Below, piece by piece: positions 33,093 through 44,268 of a stretch of DNA of 64,000 nucleotides. Each line of letters opens with the position of its first letter. Position 1 is the first letter of the stretch. Under the pieces are notes generated by a model that was given only the letters and a program-made list of their open reading frames with translations, made no database searches and had not been told where the DNA came from. The stretch covers positions 768,001 through 832,000 of the forward strand of contig CAWKHF010000005.1 of the NCBI GenBank assembly GCA_963849325.1, in the 5' to 3' direction. Source of the stretch: an uncultured Planctomycetota bacterium (GTDB taxonomy: Bacteria; Planctomycetota; Planctomycetia; Gemmatales; Gemmataceae). The position numbers and the translations under genes were made by a program.

Positions 33093-34595
33093 GTGGATGC
33101 AGTGGTGATCGGAGCGGGACCGAATGGCCTGACAGCGGCGGCGACGCTGGCGCGGCACGGTTGGGACGTGCTCGTGCTGGAGGCGCAGGCGCGGCCGGGC
33201 GGGGCAGTGTATTCCGAGGAACTGACGCTGCCGGGCCACTTGCACGATGTCGGCGCCGCCTTCTTCCCCTTCGCCGAGGAAAGTCCGGCGTTCCGCGCTC
33301 TCGACCTGCGCGGCGCCGGCCTGGAGTGGCTCAACGCCCGCCGCGAGAGCTGTCATCCCGCGCCGGACGGCAGCGCGGCGACCATCTCCCGCGATGTCGA
33401 AGCAACCGTGCGCTCGTTCGGCGCCGACGGGCCGGCCTGGCGACGCCTGGCCGAGTGGCGGCGCGGCATGGGCGATCGCTTGACCGCGGCGCTGTTGGCG
33501 CCTTTGCCCGGCATCGGCCCGGCCTGGCGGCTGGGGGTTGCCCATCTGCTGCGGCTGGCGCGCGTCGGTCTGCTCAGCACGGGCGGCTTCGCTCGTCTGC
33601 ATTTCCAAACGGAGGCGGCCCGGCGCGTCGTGCCGGGACTGGCCCTGCACGCCGATCTCGGGCCGGACGACTTCGGCGGCGCCGGCATGGGCCTGGTGCT
33701 GGCGCTGATGGCGGCCGGCACCGGCTTTCCCGTGCCGCGCGGCGGAGCGCGGTCCATTACCGAAGCGCTGCTTCGCCGTCTGCACGAGTCCGGCGGCAAG
33801 CTCCGGCTGGCCACGCGCATCGTGCGCATCCTCACGCGCCGGCGCCGCGTCGTGGCCGTGCGCACCGAGCAGGGCGAGGAGATCGCCGTACGGCGGGCCG
33901 TGCTCGCCGACGTCGGCGCGCCGGCCCTGTTTCTGAAGATGCTCGGCGAGCGCGAAACAACGTGGTGGCTGCGGACGCGGATGCGACACTTCCATTACGC
34001 CTGGGGCACATTCAAGATGGACTGGGCCTTGTCCGGCCCCGTGCCCTGGCTCGCCGACGAGGCGCGCGAGTCGGCCGTCGTCCACGCCGGCGATAGTCTC
34101 GCCGACCTCGACGCCTTCACGCGGCAGGTACGGGCCGGCCAACTGCCGGACCACCCGTATCTCGTCATCGGTCAGCAATCCCTGGCCGACCCCGGCCGCG
34201 CACCGCCCGGCGGGCATACCTTGTGGGCCTACTCGCACGTCCCGTCGATCGTGGAGGACGGCTGGGGCCGGCATCGAGAGTCGTTCGCCGACCGCATCGA
34301 ACGTCGATTGGAGGAGTTGGCTCCGGGATTTCGCGCCCTGGTCCGCGGTCGATTCCTCGCGTCGCCGGCCGACCTGGAGGCGATGGATGAGAACCTGGTC
34401 GGCGGCGACCTCGGCGGCGGCAGCGCGCGCTTCAGCCAGCAGTTGATCTTTCGGCCGGCCTTCCCGTATTTCCGCTATCGCACGCCGATCCAGGGACTGT
34501 ACCTGGCGTCGGCCTCGACGCATCCCGGCGCCGGCGTCCACGGCGCCTGCGGCTTCAACGCCGCCCACGCCGCCCTTGCGGACGGCAAACCGTAA
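33093..34595 (+). CDS. Phytoene desaturase family FAD-dependent oxidoreductase
   Basis: VVIGAGPNGL, YRTPIQGLYLASASTHPGAGVHG. Confidence 0.9.
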   Translation: MDAVVIGAGPNGLTAAATLARHGWDVLVLEAQARPGGAVYSEELTLPGHLHDVGAAFFPFAEESPAFRALDLRGAGLEWLNARRESCHPAPDGSAATISRDVEATVRSFGADGPAWRRLAEWRRGMGDRLTAALLAPLPGIGPAWRLGVAHLLRLARVGLLSTGGFARLHFQTEAARRVVPGLALHADLGPDDFGGAGMGLVLALMAAGTGFPVPRGGARSITEALLRRLHESGGKLRLATRIVRILTRRRRVVAVRTEQGEEIAVRRAVLADVGAPALFLKMLGERETTWWLRTRMRHFHYAWGTFKMDWALSGPVPWLADEARESAVVHAGDSLADLDAFTRQVRAGQLPDHPYLVIGQQSLADPGRAPPGGHTLWAYSHVPSIVEDGWGRHRESFADRIERRLEELAPGFRALVRGRFLASPADLEAMDENLVGGDLGGGSARFSQQLIFRPAFPYFRYRTPIQGLYLASASTHPGAGVHGACGFNAAHAALADGKP

Positions 34596-34597
34596 CC

Positions 34598-34662
34598 GTT
34601 TAGCCGCGACGCGCAGCGGAGCGCGGGACAGATCCGCGCTCCGCTGCGCGTCGCGGCTAAAC
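34598..34662. repeat. REP-like palindrome family A, copy 7
   Basis: Between convergent genes. Confidence 0.9.
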
Positions 34663-34679
34663 AAAAGTTATTTTCCTCT

Positions 34680-35117
34680 TTACGAGCTGACCGCGCCAAG
34701 GTCGCCAAGGATGGCGGCGGCGCGGTTGGAGTCGGCCACGGTATCGAACGAAGCGTAGCCGACGAACTTGTTGCCGAGGACGGACATCATCAAGCCCTGC
34801 ATGCTCAACCCGGCCAGCGCCCACTGCTGCGTCAGGCGATGAGCCAGGCCGGCCTGATTGTCGCCCTCGACGCGCAGCACCACCGGGTTGTCGGTTTCGC
34901 TCAGGCCGGCCGAACGTGCCGCGCGCACCTGCATCGCTCCCGTGATGGGAGCGACGTAGATCACGCCCTTGCCCGGTTGGTCCGGCTGCCGCCGCGTGTA
35001 GATGTATTCGAGGTTGGCGCCAGCCTGGGCCAGCAGCGCCAGCTTGGCCGACACGCCGCCCGCCTGATCCATCACCTCGCCCGACCAGACATGCGCTCGA
35101 TCCAGTTTGAAACCCAT
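34680..35117 (-). CDS. ACT domain protein
   Basis: DQAGG..LAQAGANLE; GDNQAGLA (two ACT repeats). Confidence 0.8.
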   Translation of the reverse strand: MGFKLDRAHVWSGEVMDQAGGVSAKLALLAQAGANLEYIYTRRQPDQPGKGVIYVAPITGAMQVRAARSAGLSETDNPVVLRVEGDNQAGLAHRLTQQWALAGLSMQGLMMSVLGNKFVGYASFDTVADSNRAAAILGDLGAVSS

Positions 35118-35209
35118 GATAGCCACCTCGTCAGGGAAAAACTCGCTTCAACGGACGATTATATCCGCCCTCCGCCCGACAGCGAACGAGAATCCTTCTC
35201 CTTCCTTGC

Positions 35210-35237
35210 TTGACCGGAGGGTGGGGTCAAGTATAAT
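35210..35237 (+). promoter_or_regulatory. Sigma70-type promoter TTGACC-N16-TATAAT
   Basis: Near-consensus hexamers in a divergent intergenic region; overlaps CTTGACC..GGTCAAG dyad. Confidence 0.6.
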
Positions 35238-35390
35238 CGCTGCGGATTTCCCGAAATCTCGGCGGACGTGCGGCGAACTACTCTCCGAGCACCCTCTGCC
35301 CCCATCGTGGGCGGCAGTTTCGGCAGAAACGCCATCGAGGATGGGCACCCGACACCTCGCCCAGCCTCCCTTTGCACAAGGAGTCGGCTC

Positions 35391-35819
35391 ATGTCTTTGG
35401 ACGAAGTGAAGAAACGGTTCGTGGAGGAGGTCAAGCTGCGGGCCTACGATGACAAGTACATCGACAAGAACGAAGAGCGCGAGATCCTGCAAATCGCCCT
35501 GCAGCAAGGCGTCAGCGTCGATTCGGCCCGCGCCGCCCTGGCCCAGGTCTGTGAAGGCAACGGCTACGTCCTCGAAACCCGCGTTCTCAGCGAGATCAAG
35601 GACCTGATCGACACCTTCGCCAGCAACGACGGCAAGATCGACGAGAAGGAGTTCAACGACGCCGTGGCGCAGTGCAAGAAGCGGACCCAGGGCAAGAAGA
35701 ACGAGGTCCAGTGCAAGCGCATGGTGGTGGAGGTCATCGAGGAGAACAGCTTCAAAATCAAGACGGGCATGTTCAGCAACTGGTACAATCGGGTGAGGAA
35801 AGACGTGGGCATGGCCTGA
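35391..35819 (+). CDS. Hypothetical protein
   Basis: AGGAG RBS, strongly host-like codon usage. Confidence 0.8.
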   Translation: MSLDEVKKRFVEEVKLRAYDDKYIDKNEEREILQIALQQGVSVDSARAALAQVCEGNGYVLETRVLSEIKDLIDTFASNDGKIDEKEFNDAVAQCKKRTQGKKNEVQCKRMVVEVIEENSFKIKTGMFSNWYNRVRKDVGMA

Positions 35820-35837
35820 AACAAAACGCCGTCCTCC

Positions 35838-35903
35838 GTTTAGCCGCGACGCGCAGCGGAGCGCGGGAGTATTCCCGCGCTCCGCTGCGCGTCGCGGCTA
35901 AAC
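35838..35903. repeat. REP-like palindrome family A, copy 8
   Basis: Near-perfect palindrome. Confidence 0.9.
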
Positions 35904-35928
35904 AGGGATGGAATCGGAGGAGACAAGT

Positions 35929-37713
35929 ATGTTGTTTCGTCGCTATGGACATTGGACCCTGTTGGCCGTGTTCGGCCTGGCCGTCGCGGCGCTGCCGGCC
36001 CGTGCCGAAGAAAAGACCGTGAGCCTGGCTCACATCAAATTGTCCGGCTCGCTCGACGAGTCGCCGCCGTCGGCCGATCCGCTCTTCGGGGCCGGCAGCG
36101 AGAACTTCAAGGCCAAGCTCGATCGCATCAAGAAGGCCCGCAAAGATCCCGCCATCGGCGGCCTGTATTTGCAGATCGACAGCGTCGGCATGGGCTGGGC
36201 CAAGCTCGACGAGATGAGCCGAGCCATCGCCGACTTCCGCAAGTCGGGCAAGAAAGCGTTCGCCTACCTCGAAGCGGGCAGCACCAAGGACTACCTGCTC
36301 GCCCTGGCCTGCGACGAGGTGTGCGTGCCCGAGTCCGGCTGGATCCTGTTGACCGGCCTGCGTGCCGAGGTGTCCTTCTTCAAGGACCTGTTCGAGAAGA
36401 TCGGCGTCAAGGCGGACATGCTGCAAATGGGCGATTTCAAGGCCGCCGCCGAGCCGTTCATGCGCAGCAGCATGAGCAAGCCGGCCCGCGAGCAGCTCAC
36501 CCGCGTCCTCGACGATTACTACGATCACAACATCGTCGCGCGCATCGTCCGTTCGCGGTCGGCCCAGAAGTTCACGGCGGAACAGGTCAAGAAGCTCATC
36601 GACGAAGGGCCGTACACCGCTCGCGGCGCGCTCAAGGCCGGACTCATCGACCGCGTCGGCTACCGCGAAGATTTCCGCGCCGGCATGAAAAAACACCTCC
36701 AGGCCGACTCCCTCAAGATCGTCAAGGACTACGCCAAGAAGAAGAGCGAGGACATCGACTTTTCCAACCCCTTCGCCCTGCTCAAGCTGCTGGCGCCGCC
36801 GAAGTTGACCTCCTCGAAGGGCCCCAAGATCGCGGTGATTTACGCCGTCGGCGTCATCACCACGGGCAAGAGCGAGGAGGGGTTGTTCGGCGCCGAGACG
36901 GTCGGCTCGACGACCCTGGTCCAGGCCATCCGCCAGGCGGAGCACGATGACACGGTCAAGGCGATCGTGCTGCGCGTGGACAGTCCCGGCGGCTCGGCGC
37001 TGGCCAGCGACCTCATCTGGAACGAGCTGCGGCACTCGAAGAAGCCGGTGATTGCCAGCATGTCCGACGTGGCCGCCAGCGGTGGTTACTACATCAGCAT
37101 GGCCGCCAAGAAAATCTACGCCGACCCCGGCACGCTGACCGGCTCCATCGGCGTCGTCAGCGGCAAACTGGCCGTGGGCGGCACCTTCAACAAGATCGGC
37201 ATCAAGACCGAGGTCATCAGCCGCGGTGCCAACTCCGGCATCTTCTCGGCGGAGAAGCCGTTCACCGATTCTGAACGGAAAGCGCTGACGGCGATGATGA
37301 AGGACATCTACGACCAGTTCCTCGACAAAGCCCTGGAGGGCCGCAAGAAGGCCGGCAAAAAGATGACGCGCGACGAGCTGGTCAACTTGGCCGGCGGCCG
37401 CATCTGGACCGGCCGGCAGGCCAAGGAGAACGGCCTCATCGACGAGCTGGGCAGCCTCGACGACGCCATCGCCGCCGCTCGCGGCATGACCGACCTGCCC
37501 GCCGGCAAGGAGCCGGAGCTGCTCATCCTGCCGAAATCGAAGGGCTTCCTCGATACGCTGCTGGAGGAGAAGCTCGGTAGCCGGGTGCCCGCCATGCAGC
37601 TGCTGCGCGACGTGCCCGAGCTGCGGCGTCAACTGCGCTCGCTGGACGCCATGCTGCAACTGCGCGGCCAGCCGGTGTGGATGACGCTGCCGTATCGCAT
37701 CGACATCGAGTAG
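35929..37713 (+). CDS. sppA: Signal peptide peptidase SppA (long form)
   Basis: VLRVDSPGGS, SMSDVAASGGYY, TLTGSIGV, GRIWTGRQA. Confidence 0.93.
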   Translation: MLFRRYGHWTLLAVFGLAVAALPARAEEKTVSLAHIKLSGSLDESPPSADPLFGAGSENFKAKLDRIKKARKDPAIGGLYLQIDSVGMGWAKLDEMSRAIADFRKSGKKAFAYLEAGSTKDYLLALACDEVCVPESGWILLTGLRAEVSFFKDLFEKIGVKADMLQMGDFKAAAEPFMRSSMSKPAREQLTRVLDDYYDHNIVARIVRSRSAQKFTAEQVKKLIDEGPYTARGALKAGLIDRVGYREDFRAGMKKHLQADSLKIVKDYAKKKSEDIDFSNPFALLKLLAPPKLTSSKGPKIAVIYAVGVITTGKSEEGLFGAETVGSTTLVQAIRQAEHDDTVKAIVLRVDSPGGSALASDLIWNELRHSKKPVIASMSDVAASGGYYISMAAKKIYADPGTLTGSIGVVSGKLAVGGTFNKIGIKTEVISRGANSGIFSAEKPFTDSERKALTAMMKDIYDQFLDKALEGRKKAGKKMTRDELVNLAGGRIWTGRQAKENGLIDELGSLDDAIAAARGMTDLPAGKEPELLILPKSKGFLDTLLEEKLGSRVPAMQLLRDVPELRRQLRSLDAMLQLRGQPVWMTLPYRIDIE

Positions 37714-37718
37714 GTTTT

Positions 37719-37787
37719 CGTTTCGCCGCAACGCGCAGCGGAGCGCGGGGGAGCATCCCGCTCTCCGCTGCGCGTCGCGGCGAAACG
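37719..37787. repeat. REP-like palindrome family A, copy 9
   Basis: Two arm mismatches. Confidence 0.88.
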
Positions 37788-37799
37788 CGGAGTGTGCCG

Positions 37800-38144
37800 A
37801 TGGCGCGCTGCGAGCAGGGTTATCTGTGCGAGGTGTGCGGAAAGGACGTCGGCGAAATCACCGAGTCCGACCTGTACCTGCGCTACGTGCTCGGCGAAGT
37901 GCCGCCCGAACAACTGCACCTGCTGCCCGAACGACACCTCCGCTGCAATCCGGCGCTGGCCCAGTACATCGTCGATGACGCCTTCGAGCCGGTCCATTGC
38001 GACGGCGTCTTCGCCAAGGAGCAGATGGACCGCGATTTCGTCGCCGTCGAGGAGGCCCGCGTCACGCGCGGTTGGCGACGCCTGCAAGAGCTGCCCCGCC
38101 TCGGCATTCCCATCATTGACTATCCGTTACCACCGTCATCCTGA
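37800..38144 (+). CDS. Small Cys-rich hypothetical protein
   Basis: MARCEQGYLCEVCG..ERHLRCNP. Confidence 0.75.
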   Translation: MARCEQGYLCEVCGKDVGEITESDLYLRYVLGEVPPEQLHLLPERHLRCNPALAQYIVDDAFEPVHCDGVFAKEQMDRDFVAVEEARVTRGWRRLQELPRLGIPIIDYPLPPSS

Positions 38145-38564
38145 CGGCAAGCGTTCGTATTGATTGCCGAAGTGCGCCAGCGCCTCATCGGGATTGAGGT
38201 TGAACACCGTCTTGCCGAGGGTGTGCCAGCGGCCGCGATGGAAGAAGAACACGGCCGAGGCGTTGCGCAGGTTGCCGACGGCCGGAAGCCCCTCCATGTC
38301 GCCGCCTTCGACGGCCTCGAACTGGATGGTGACGCCGGCCAGGGCAACGAGCCGGCCGCTGGCGCGTTCGCGGGCGAACTCAAGACTCGACTCCCAATCG
38401 ATCGCCTTCCAGCGCAGGCCGCGCGGCTTGCCGCTGGCGGAGGCGGCCTGAAAGAACTGCAATTCCAGGTGCTCGCGCTGCTGTTGGAACAAGCGGCGTG
38501 CCTGCTCCAGGCTCGGCCTACCTCGGCCAAACCATCGCCACCACGTCAGCCAGGACCATGCCAT
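38136..38564 (-). CDS. Hypothetical protein
   Basis: GGAGG RBS; GKPRGLRW..EGGDMEG..FNLNP. Confidence 0.75.
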   Translation of the reverse strand: MAWSWLTWWRWFGRGRPSLEQARRLFQQQREHLELQFFQAASASGKPRGLRWKAIDWESSLEFARERASGRLVALAGVTIQFEAVEGGDMEGLPAVGNLRNASAVFFFHRGRWHTLGKTVFNLNPDEALAHFGNQYERLPSG

Positions 38565-38713
38565 CGCCGTCCTCCCTCCGAGCGTTCCCGCATCGATCCG
38601 CACGGATGTTGTATGACAGCGGAAGGTTCTCCACGAGAATGCTCTCCGCCAACCTTTCCCGCCCTCACGGCAACGTGGTACAATCCCTCCATCTCCGGAA
38701 TGGAAGGACGCAC

Positions 38714-39042
38714 ATGAAACTGCCTGACTTTCTGACGGAATGGCCCTTTGGCGAGATCGTGCTGACCGGCCATCGCATCAGCCTGTACGATGTCATGTAT
38801 TTTTTCAATGACGGCGATACGGCGGAGATGTTGCACGAGCGGTTCCCGACGTTACCGCTCGATCTAATCGAGCAGGTGTTGGCGTTCGCCCGAGAGAACC
38901 AAGCCGAAGTGGATGCTTACATGACGCGCTATCGAGAGGATCTCGATCGTCAGTATGCGGAGCACGTGGCGTCGGGCGCGTGCTCGACTGGGACGCATTA
39001 CGCAAGCGGTTTGAGGCCATGAAGCAAGCGGAGAGACGATGA
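38714..39042 (+). CDS. DUF433 antitoxin-like protein (C-terminal frameshift)
   Basis: IVLTGHRISLYDV..G..AEMLHERFPTLPLDLIEQVLAF; upstream of PIN-like gene. Confidence 0.8.
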
Positions 39043-39045
39043 TTC

Positions 39046-39414
39046 ATGCCGCTGGCCTACGTCCTCGATGAACACCTGCGCGGGATCTTGTTCCAGGCGA
39101 TTCAGCAACACAATGCCGCCAGCGTCTTTCCGATTGACGCGGTGCAGGTCGGCGATCCTCTGGATTTGCCCTTAGGTTCCGCCGATCCGTTCATCCTGCT
39201 ATGGGCCGAGCGTGAAGGGCGGGTAGTCGTCTCTTATGACAAAGGGACCATGCCCGGGCACTTGGCCATCCATCTGCAAGGCGGCCATCATTCGCCGGGA
39301 GTTTTTCTGGTGCGCCGCTCCGCCACGGTTCCGCGGATCGTCGATTATCTCGCCATCGCCGCTCATGCAGCCGATCCGGCAGCGCAGCGGGATCGGTACG
39401 AATATATCCCCTAA
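39046..39414 (+). CDS. DUF5615 PIN-like toxin
   Basis: YVLDEHL, DPFILLWAEREGRVVVSYD, HSPGVF. Confidence 0.8.
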   Translation: MPLAYVLDEHLRGILFQAIQQHNAASVFPIDAVQVGDPLDLPLGSADPFILLWAEREGRVVVSYDKGTMPGHLAIHLQGGHHSPGVFLVRRSATVPRIVDYLAIAAHAADPAAQRDRYEYIP

Positions 39415-39429
39415 ATCAGGGACGGTTTC

Positions 39430-41446
39430 ATGTCCATCGCTTCCATCCTCGGCCCCGACGGCGTCATCGCCCGCCAGCTGCCCCAGTACGAGCCGCGCAC
39501 CGCAGCAATTGCACATGGCCGACGCCGTCGCCGAGGCCATCGCCGACCGACGCCATCTCATGGTCGAGGCCGGCACAGGCGTCGGCAAGTGCTTTGCTTA
39601 CCTCGTGCCCGCCATCCTGGCGGCGACGGCGAACAAGGAGTGCCGCGTCGTCATCTCGACGCATACCATCAGCCTGCAAGAACAGCTCGTCCACAAGGAC
39701 ATCCCGTTTCTGCAAGGCGTCATGCCGCAGCCGTTCAACGCCGTGCTGGTCAAGGGCCGCTCGAACTATCTCAGCCTGCGGCGGCTGCGCGGGCGCAGCA
39801 GCGCGTCGGTTCGCTGCTGGTCGAGCCGGCCGCCGTGGAACAGTTGCAGCAGATCGGCCGCTGGTCGCGGACGACGCAGCGACGGCAGCCGCAGCGACCT
39901 GTCGTTTCAGCCGCAGCCGGCCGTCTGGGATCTCGTCGAGAGCGACAGCGGCAACTGCCTGGGCCGCGGCTGTCCCGATTACGCCAAGTGCTTCTACTTC
40001 AAGGCGCGCAAGCGGATCTTCGGCGCCAGCTGCTGATCGTCAACCACGCCCTGTTCTTCAGCGACCTCGCCCTGCGCCGCCAGGGAGCGAACCTGCTGCC
40101 CGACTACAAGGTCGTCATCTTCGACGAGGCGCACACGCTGGAGGACGTGGCCGCCGATCACCTCGGCTTGCAGATCAGCCGCGGCGCCGTCGAGTACCTG
40201 CTCAACAAGCTGTTCAGCCCACGCAGCCGCCGCGGCCTGCTCGCCTTCATTCCCTCCGAGGACGCGGCGGCACAGACGGAGATCGTCCGCCAGGCAGCCG
40301 AGCGTTTCTTCGCCGCCATCCGCGTCTGGGCCGCCAGCAGCCGAGCCGCGACCGTGAGGGAGCGGTCTTGCCCGCTCCCTCACGGTCGCGGCTCGGATTC
40401 CTTCCGCGTTCGCCAGCCGAACATCGTGCCGGACGTTCTCTCCGAGGAGCTGCAAAAACTCGGCTCCTGTCTCGACACCGTGGCCGAGAACCTCGACGAC
40501 GAGCAGCAGATCGAGTTCCTCGCCGTGGCCGACCGCGCCCGCCAGCTCGCCGAGGGCATCCAGCACTGGCTGGCCCAGGCGCTGGAGGGACAGGTCTACT
40601 GGATCGACATCACGTCCGGCCGCAACGAGCGCGTCGATCTGGTCAGCGCCCCCATCGATGTCGGCCCCGTCCTGCGCGAGCAGCTCTACGACAAGATCCC
40701 GACGGTGGTCATGACCAGCGCCACGCTCAGCGCCGGCGGCACGATCCGGCTTCCGCCACTTCCAGGGCCGGCTCGGCCTGGACGATTGCGCGACGTTGCA
40801 ACTGGGCAGCCCGTTCAACTACCGCGAGCAGGTCGAGTTGCACCTGTTCCGCGCCATGCCCGATCCGTCGGCGCTGCCGTCGGCCTACGAGGAGGCGGTG
40901 CTGGCGAAGGTGCCGGAGTACATCGACAAGACGCGTGGCCGGGCCTTCGTGCTGTTCACCAGCTATCAGATGATGCAGAAGGCGACGACGCAGCTTCGGC
41001 CGTGGTGCGCCCGCCAGGGTTATCCGCTGTTCAGCCAGAGCGACGGCCTGCCGCGCACGCAGATGATCGAGCGCTTTCGCGCGGCGGGCAACGCCGTGCT
41101 GTTCGGCGTCGATAGCTTCTGGCAGGGCGTGGACGTGCCGGGCGAGGCGCTGTCCAACGTCATCATCACCAAGCTGCCGTTCGCCGTGCCGGATCGGCCG
41201 GTGCTGGCGGCCCGCCAGGAGGCAATCGAGGCGGCCGGCGGCCAGCCGTTCTTCGACTACCAGGTGCCGCAAGCGGTCATCAAGCTGAAGCAGGGGTTCG
41301 GCCGGCTGATCCGTACCTGCACCGATACGGGCCTGGTCGTCATCCTCGATCCGCGAGTATTGACCAAGGGCTATGGCAAGAACTTTCTGGCGGCGCTGCC
41401 GGACTGTCGCCGCTTTGTGGATGGGGTGCCGGCACCGCCGGAGTAG
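39430..41446 (+). CDS. dinG: DinG family helicase (frameshifted)
   Basis: VEAGTGVGK, KGRSNY, IVNHALFF, DEAH, TSATL, SFWQGVDVPG, KQGFGRLIR. Confidence 0.92.
40341..40396. repeat. REP-like palindrome family B inside dinG coding sequence
   Basis: CCGAGCCGCGACCGTGAGGGAGCGG...CCGCTCCCTCACGGTCGCGGCTCGG. Confidence 0.9.
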
Positions 41447-42579
41447 GCGGAATCAAATCGGTGCGGCGCGAGCGGCGGATGGTTGCGAGGGTCGTCGGTT
41501 GCGGGACGGCTGGGTCGAGGAAACGGATCAACGGTGGATCCCGGCGTTCCAGGCAAACGGTTCGGCCGATCCGGCACGCCCACAGGCCGGCCGGCGACGT
41601 CAACGCCAGCTCATAGGGGACGCCAAGCTCCGCCTCCGCGACGCCGTGGCGTGGGCAACGCGGCTCGCCGGCCTGGTCCGGCGGCACGAACTCGAAGTAG
41701 ACGCCGTGATCGAACAACAGCCGCGGCAGACCGTGGCGCGGGTCTTCGACGGCGATCGGTCCCTCGGCGCGGCCGGCCATCTCTAGAAGCAGGACGCCTT
41801 CCGCCTCGCGGCGCAGCCGTTCCATCGATGTGGCCGGCGAACGACGAGTGTAGAGGATCGCCGTCAAGCTGGGCCAGAACGTCGGTTAGACAGCATTTGC
41901 CGCGGACCTGCTTGACGTTTTCCAGCAAGGGCAGCAGGCGCTCGGCAGGCCCGGCGAGACAGGTCACCGGCTGGTGGGCGCAGCGCTCCGCCCTCGTGTC
42001 CGCGTCCGTCGGCGCGTAGGGACGTACCAGAGCCGGAAGTCTCTCGGTCACGCTGCCGCGCTCCTCCGTCAGGCCCGAGGGGCCGTCATCGCCCACGATG
42101 AGGAATTGGCCCGACAGAAGCCGCGCCTGCGGCCGAGCGTGAACCACCAGAGCGAGGGCGGTGCGCAGGGCGTGCCGGTGAGCGGTCTGGAGAGCGGCGG
42201 ATGCGGCCGTGGGATGGAAGGATGCTCCGGTGTCGGCCTGGCCGTTGCGGGCCGAGCCGGGCCAGGTCGCCCCGGCCAAGTTCGGGAAGACCGGCTGTCC
42301 GTAGTGCCGCCACAGGTCGGCGCGTGTACCCAGGGGCACGAGGCGGCGGAAGTCGTCGGCCGTGCGGATGCGGCGGAAATCGTGATCGCGTCCGAAGCGC
42401 GTCGTCTGCGCCTCATGGAGCAGACCGAGCAGGATGCGGACCTGGCAGCCCGCCGCGTCTTGACGATCGAACCGGGCCAGGTGGCGACGGCCGGCGGCGC
42501 GAAACAACGTCTCCGCCGTCCGCCGGCCCAGCGAACTCTCCGTCAACCATCCTTGTACGGCTTTCCAGCTCACGCTCAA
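41340..42579 (-). CDS. GH3 family protein (frameshifted, appears shortened)
   Basis: TTRFGRDHDF..FRRLVPL; DHGVYFEFVP..YELALTSPAGLW. Confidence 0.75.
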
Positions 42580-42850
42580 GTTTCAATCCGCTCCCAGCGG
42601 AAGCCTGGGAGAAAAAGGCGATCCCGGTGGCGACGTTGTCAAGCGAGTCGGACGGTATGGAGATTAACGCGCCGGGGCGGGCAGGACAAGAGGGGGATGA
42701 TTTTAGGAGTTGCGGAAGATGGGCAAAGCGGCCGCGCCGGCCCGACGCCGGGACGAATCGACCCAATCGTCACAAGCGATAACGAAGATGTCTCCCGGCC
42801 TGGCGTCGGGAGACATGCCTCGAACAAAGACAAAGAACGAGCGAACCCAA

Positions 42851-42906
42851 CCGAGCCGCGACCGTCAGGGAGCGGAGAACGCACCGCTCCCTGACGGTCG
42901 CGGCTC
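42851..42906. repeat. REP-like palindrome family B, copy 3
   Basis: Downstream of DUF1559 gene. Confidence 0.9.
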
Positions 42907-42924
42907 TGACGGCATCGGGAGAGA

Positions 42925-43797
<873 letters not shown>

Positions 43798-44208
43798 CGC
43801 AATTCTCCTTGAAAAAGTGCGCAGGGGTAAATGCTATCTCCGCGGAGGGAGAGAAGACTTCCGAATGAGCGGGCAAGGGAGGGCGAAATACGCGGGGGGG
43901 AGCGGTTTTCACATGGCTTGTCGTAGCACTCTGAAACAGGGCCGGGGGCAAAAAGGGAAATTGCAATTGATGCGCCGCCAGCCGCGCCCCGTTGGTCGGA
44001 TGGGCACGGACCAGGGCAGAGAGGAGATGGAAGTGCTTGCCGCCAAGTAGATTGCAAGGAACGAACGGACCAGGCCACGATCGCGGCTTGCGAAAGATTA
44101 ATGTGTCATGAAAGGCGCTCGTGTGCAAAAAACAACAGGATCAAGCGTTATTGCACATGACCATGTGAGCATATGAAACTGACGATTCCGTCAGGAAGGT
44201 TCGGGCGC

Positions 44209-44241
44209 AAAAAAAAGACCCGCTCTTTTTCGGAGCGGGTC
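44209..44241 (-). terminator. Intrinsic terminator after DUF1501 gene
   Basis: GACCCGCTC/GAGCGGGTC stem followed by T8 on minus strand. Confidence 0.8.
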
Positions 44242-44268
44242 GTCGGAAGGTGTCGAAGAGGCGGCCGT

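Noticed and set aside
5652-37731. Long antisense or alternate-frame ORFs (e.g. 7081-9642, 18409-20700, 35773-37731)
   Set aside because: Shadows of real genes in high-GC DNA; Arg/Ala/Gly-rich with no motifs
12263-37787. CRISPR array suggested by recurring repeats with variable middles
   Set aside because: Copies are dispersed kilobases apart, are inverted pairs rather than direct repeats with spacers, and no cas genes are present
2237-42579. Widespread pseudogenisation or programmed frameshifting of host genes
   Set aside because: Single-base indels affect essential genes such as trpS without slippery motifs; most consistent with sequencing error
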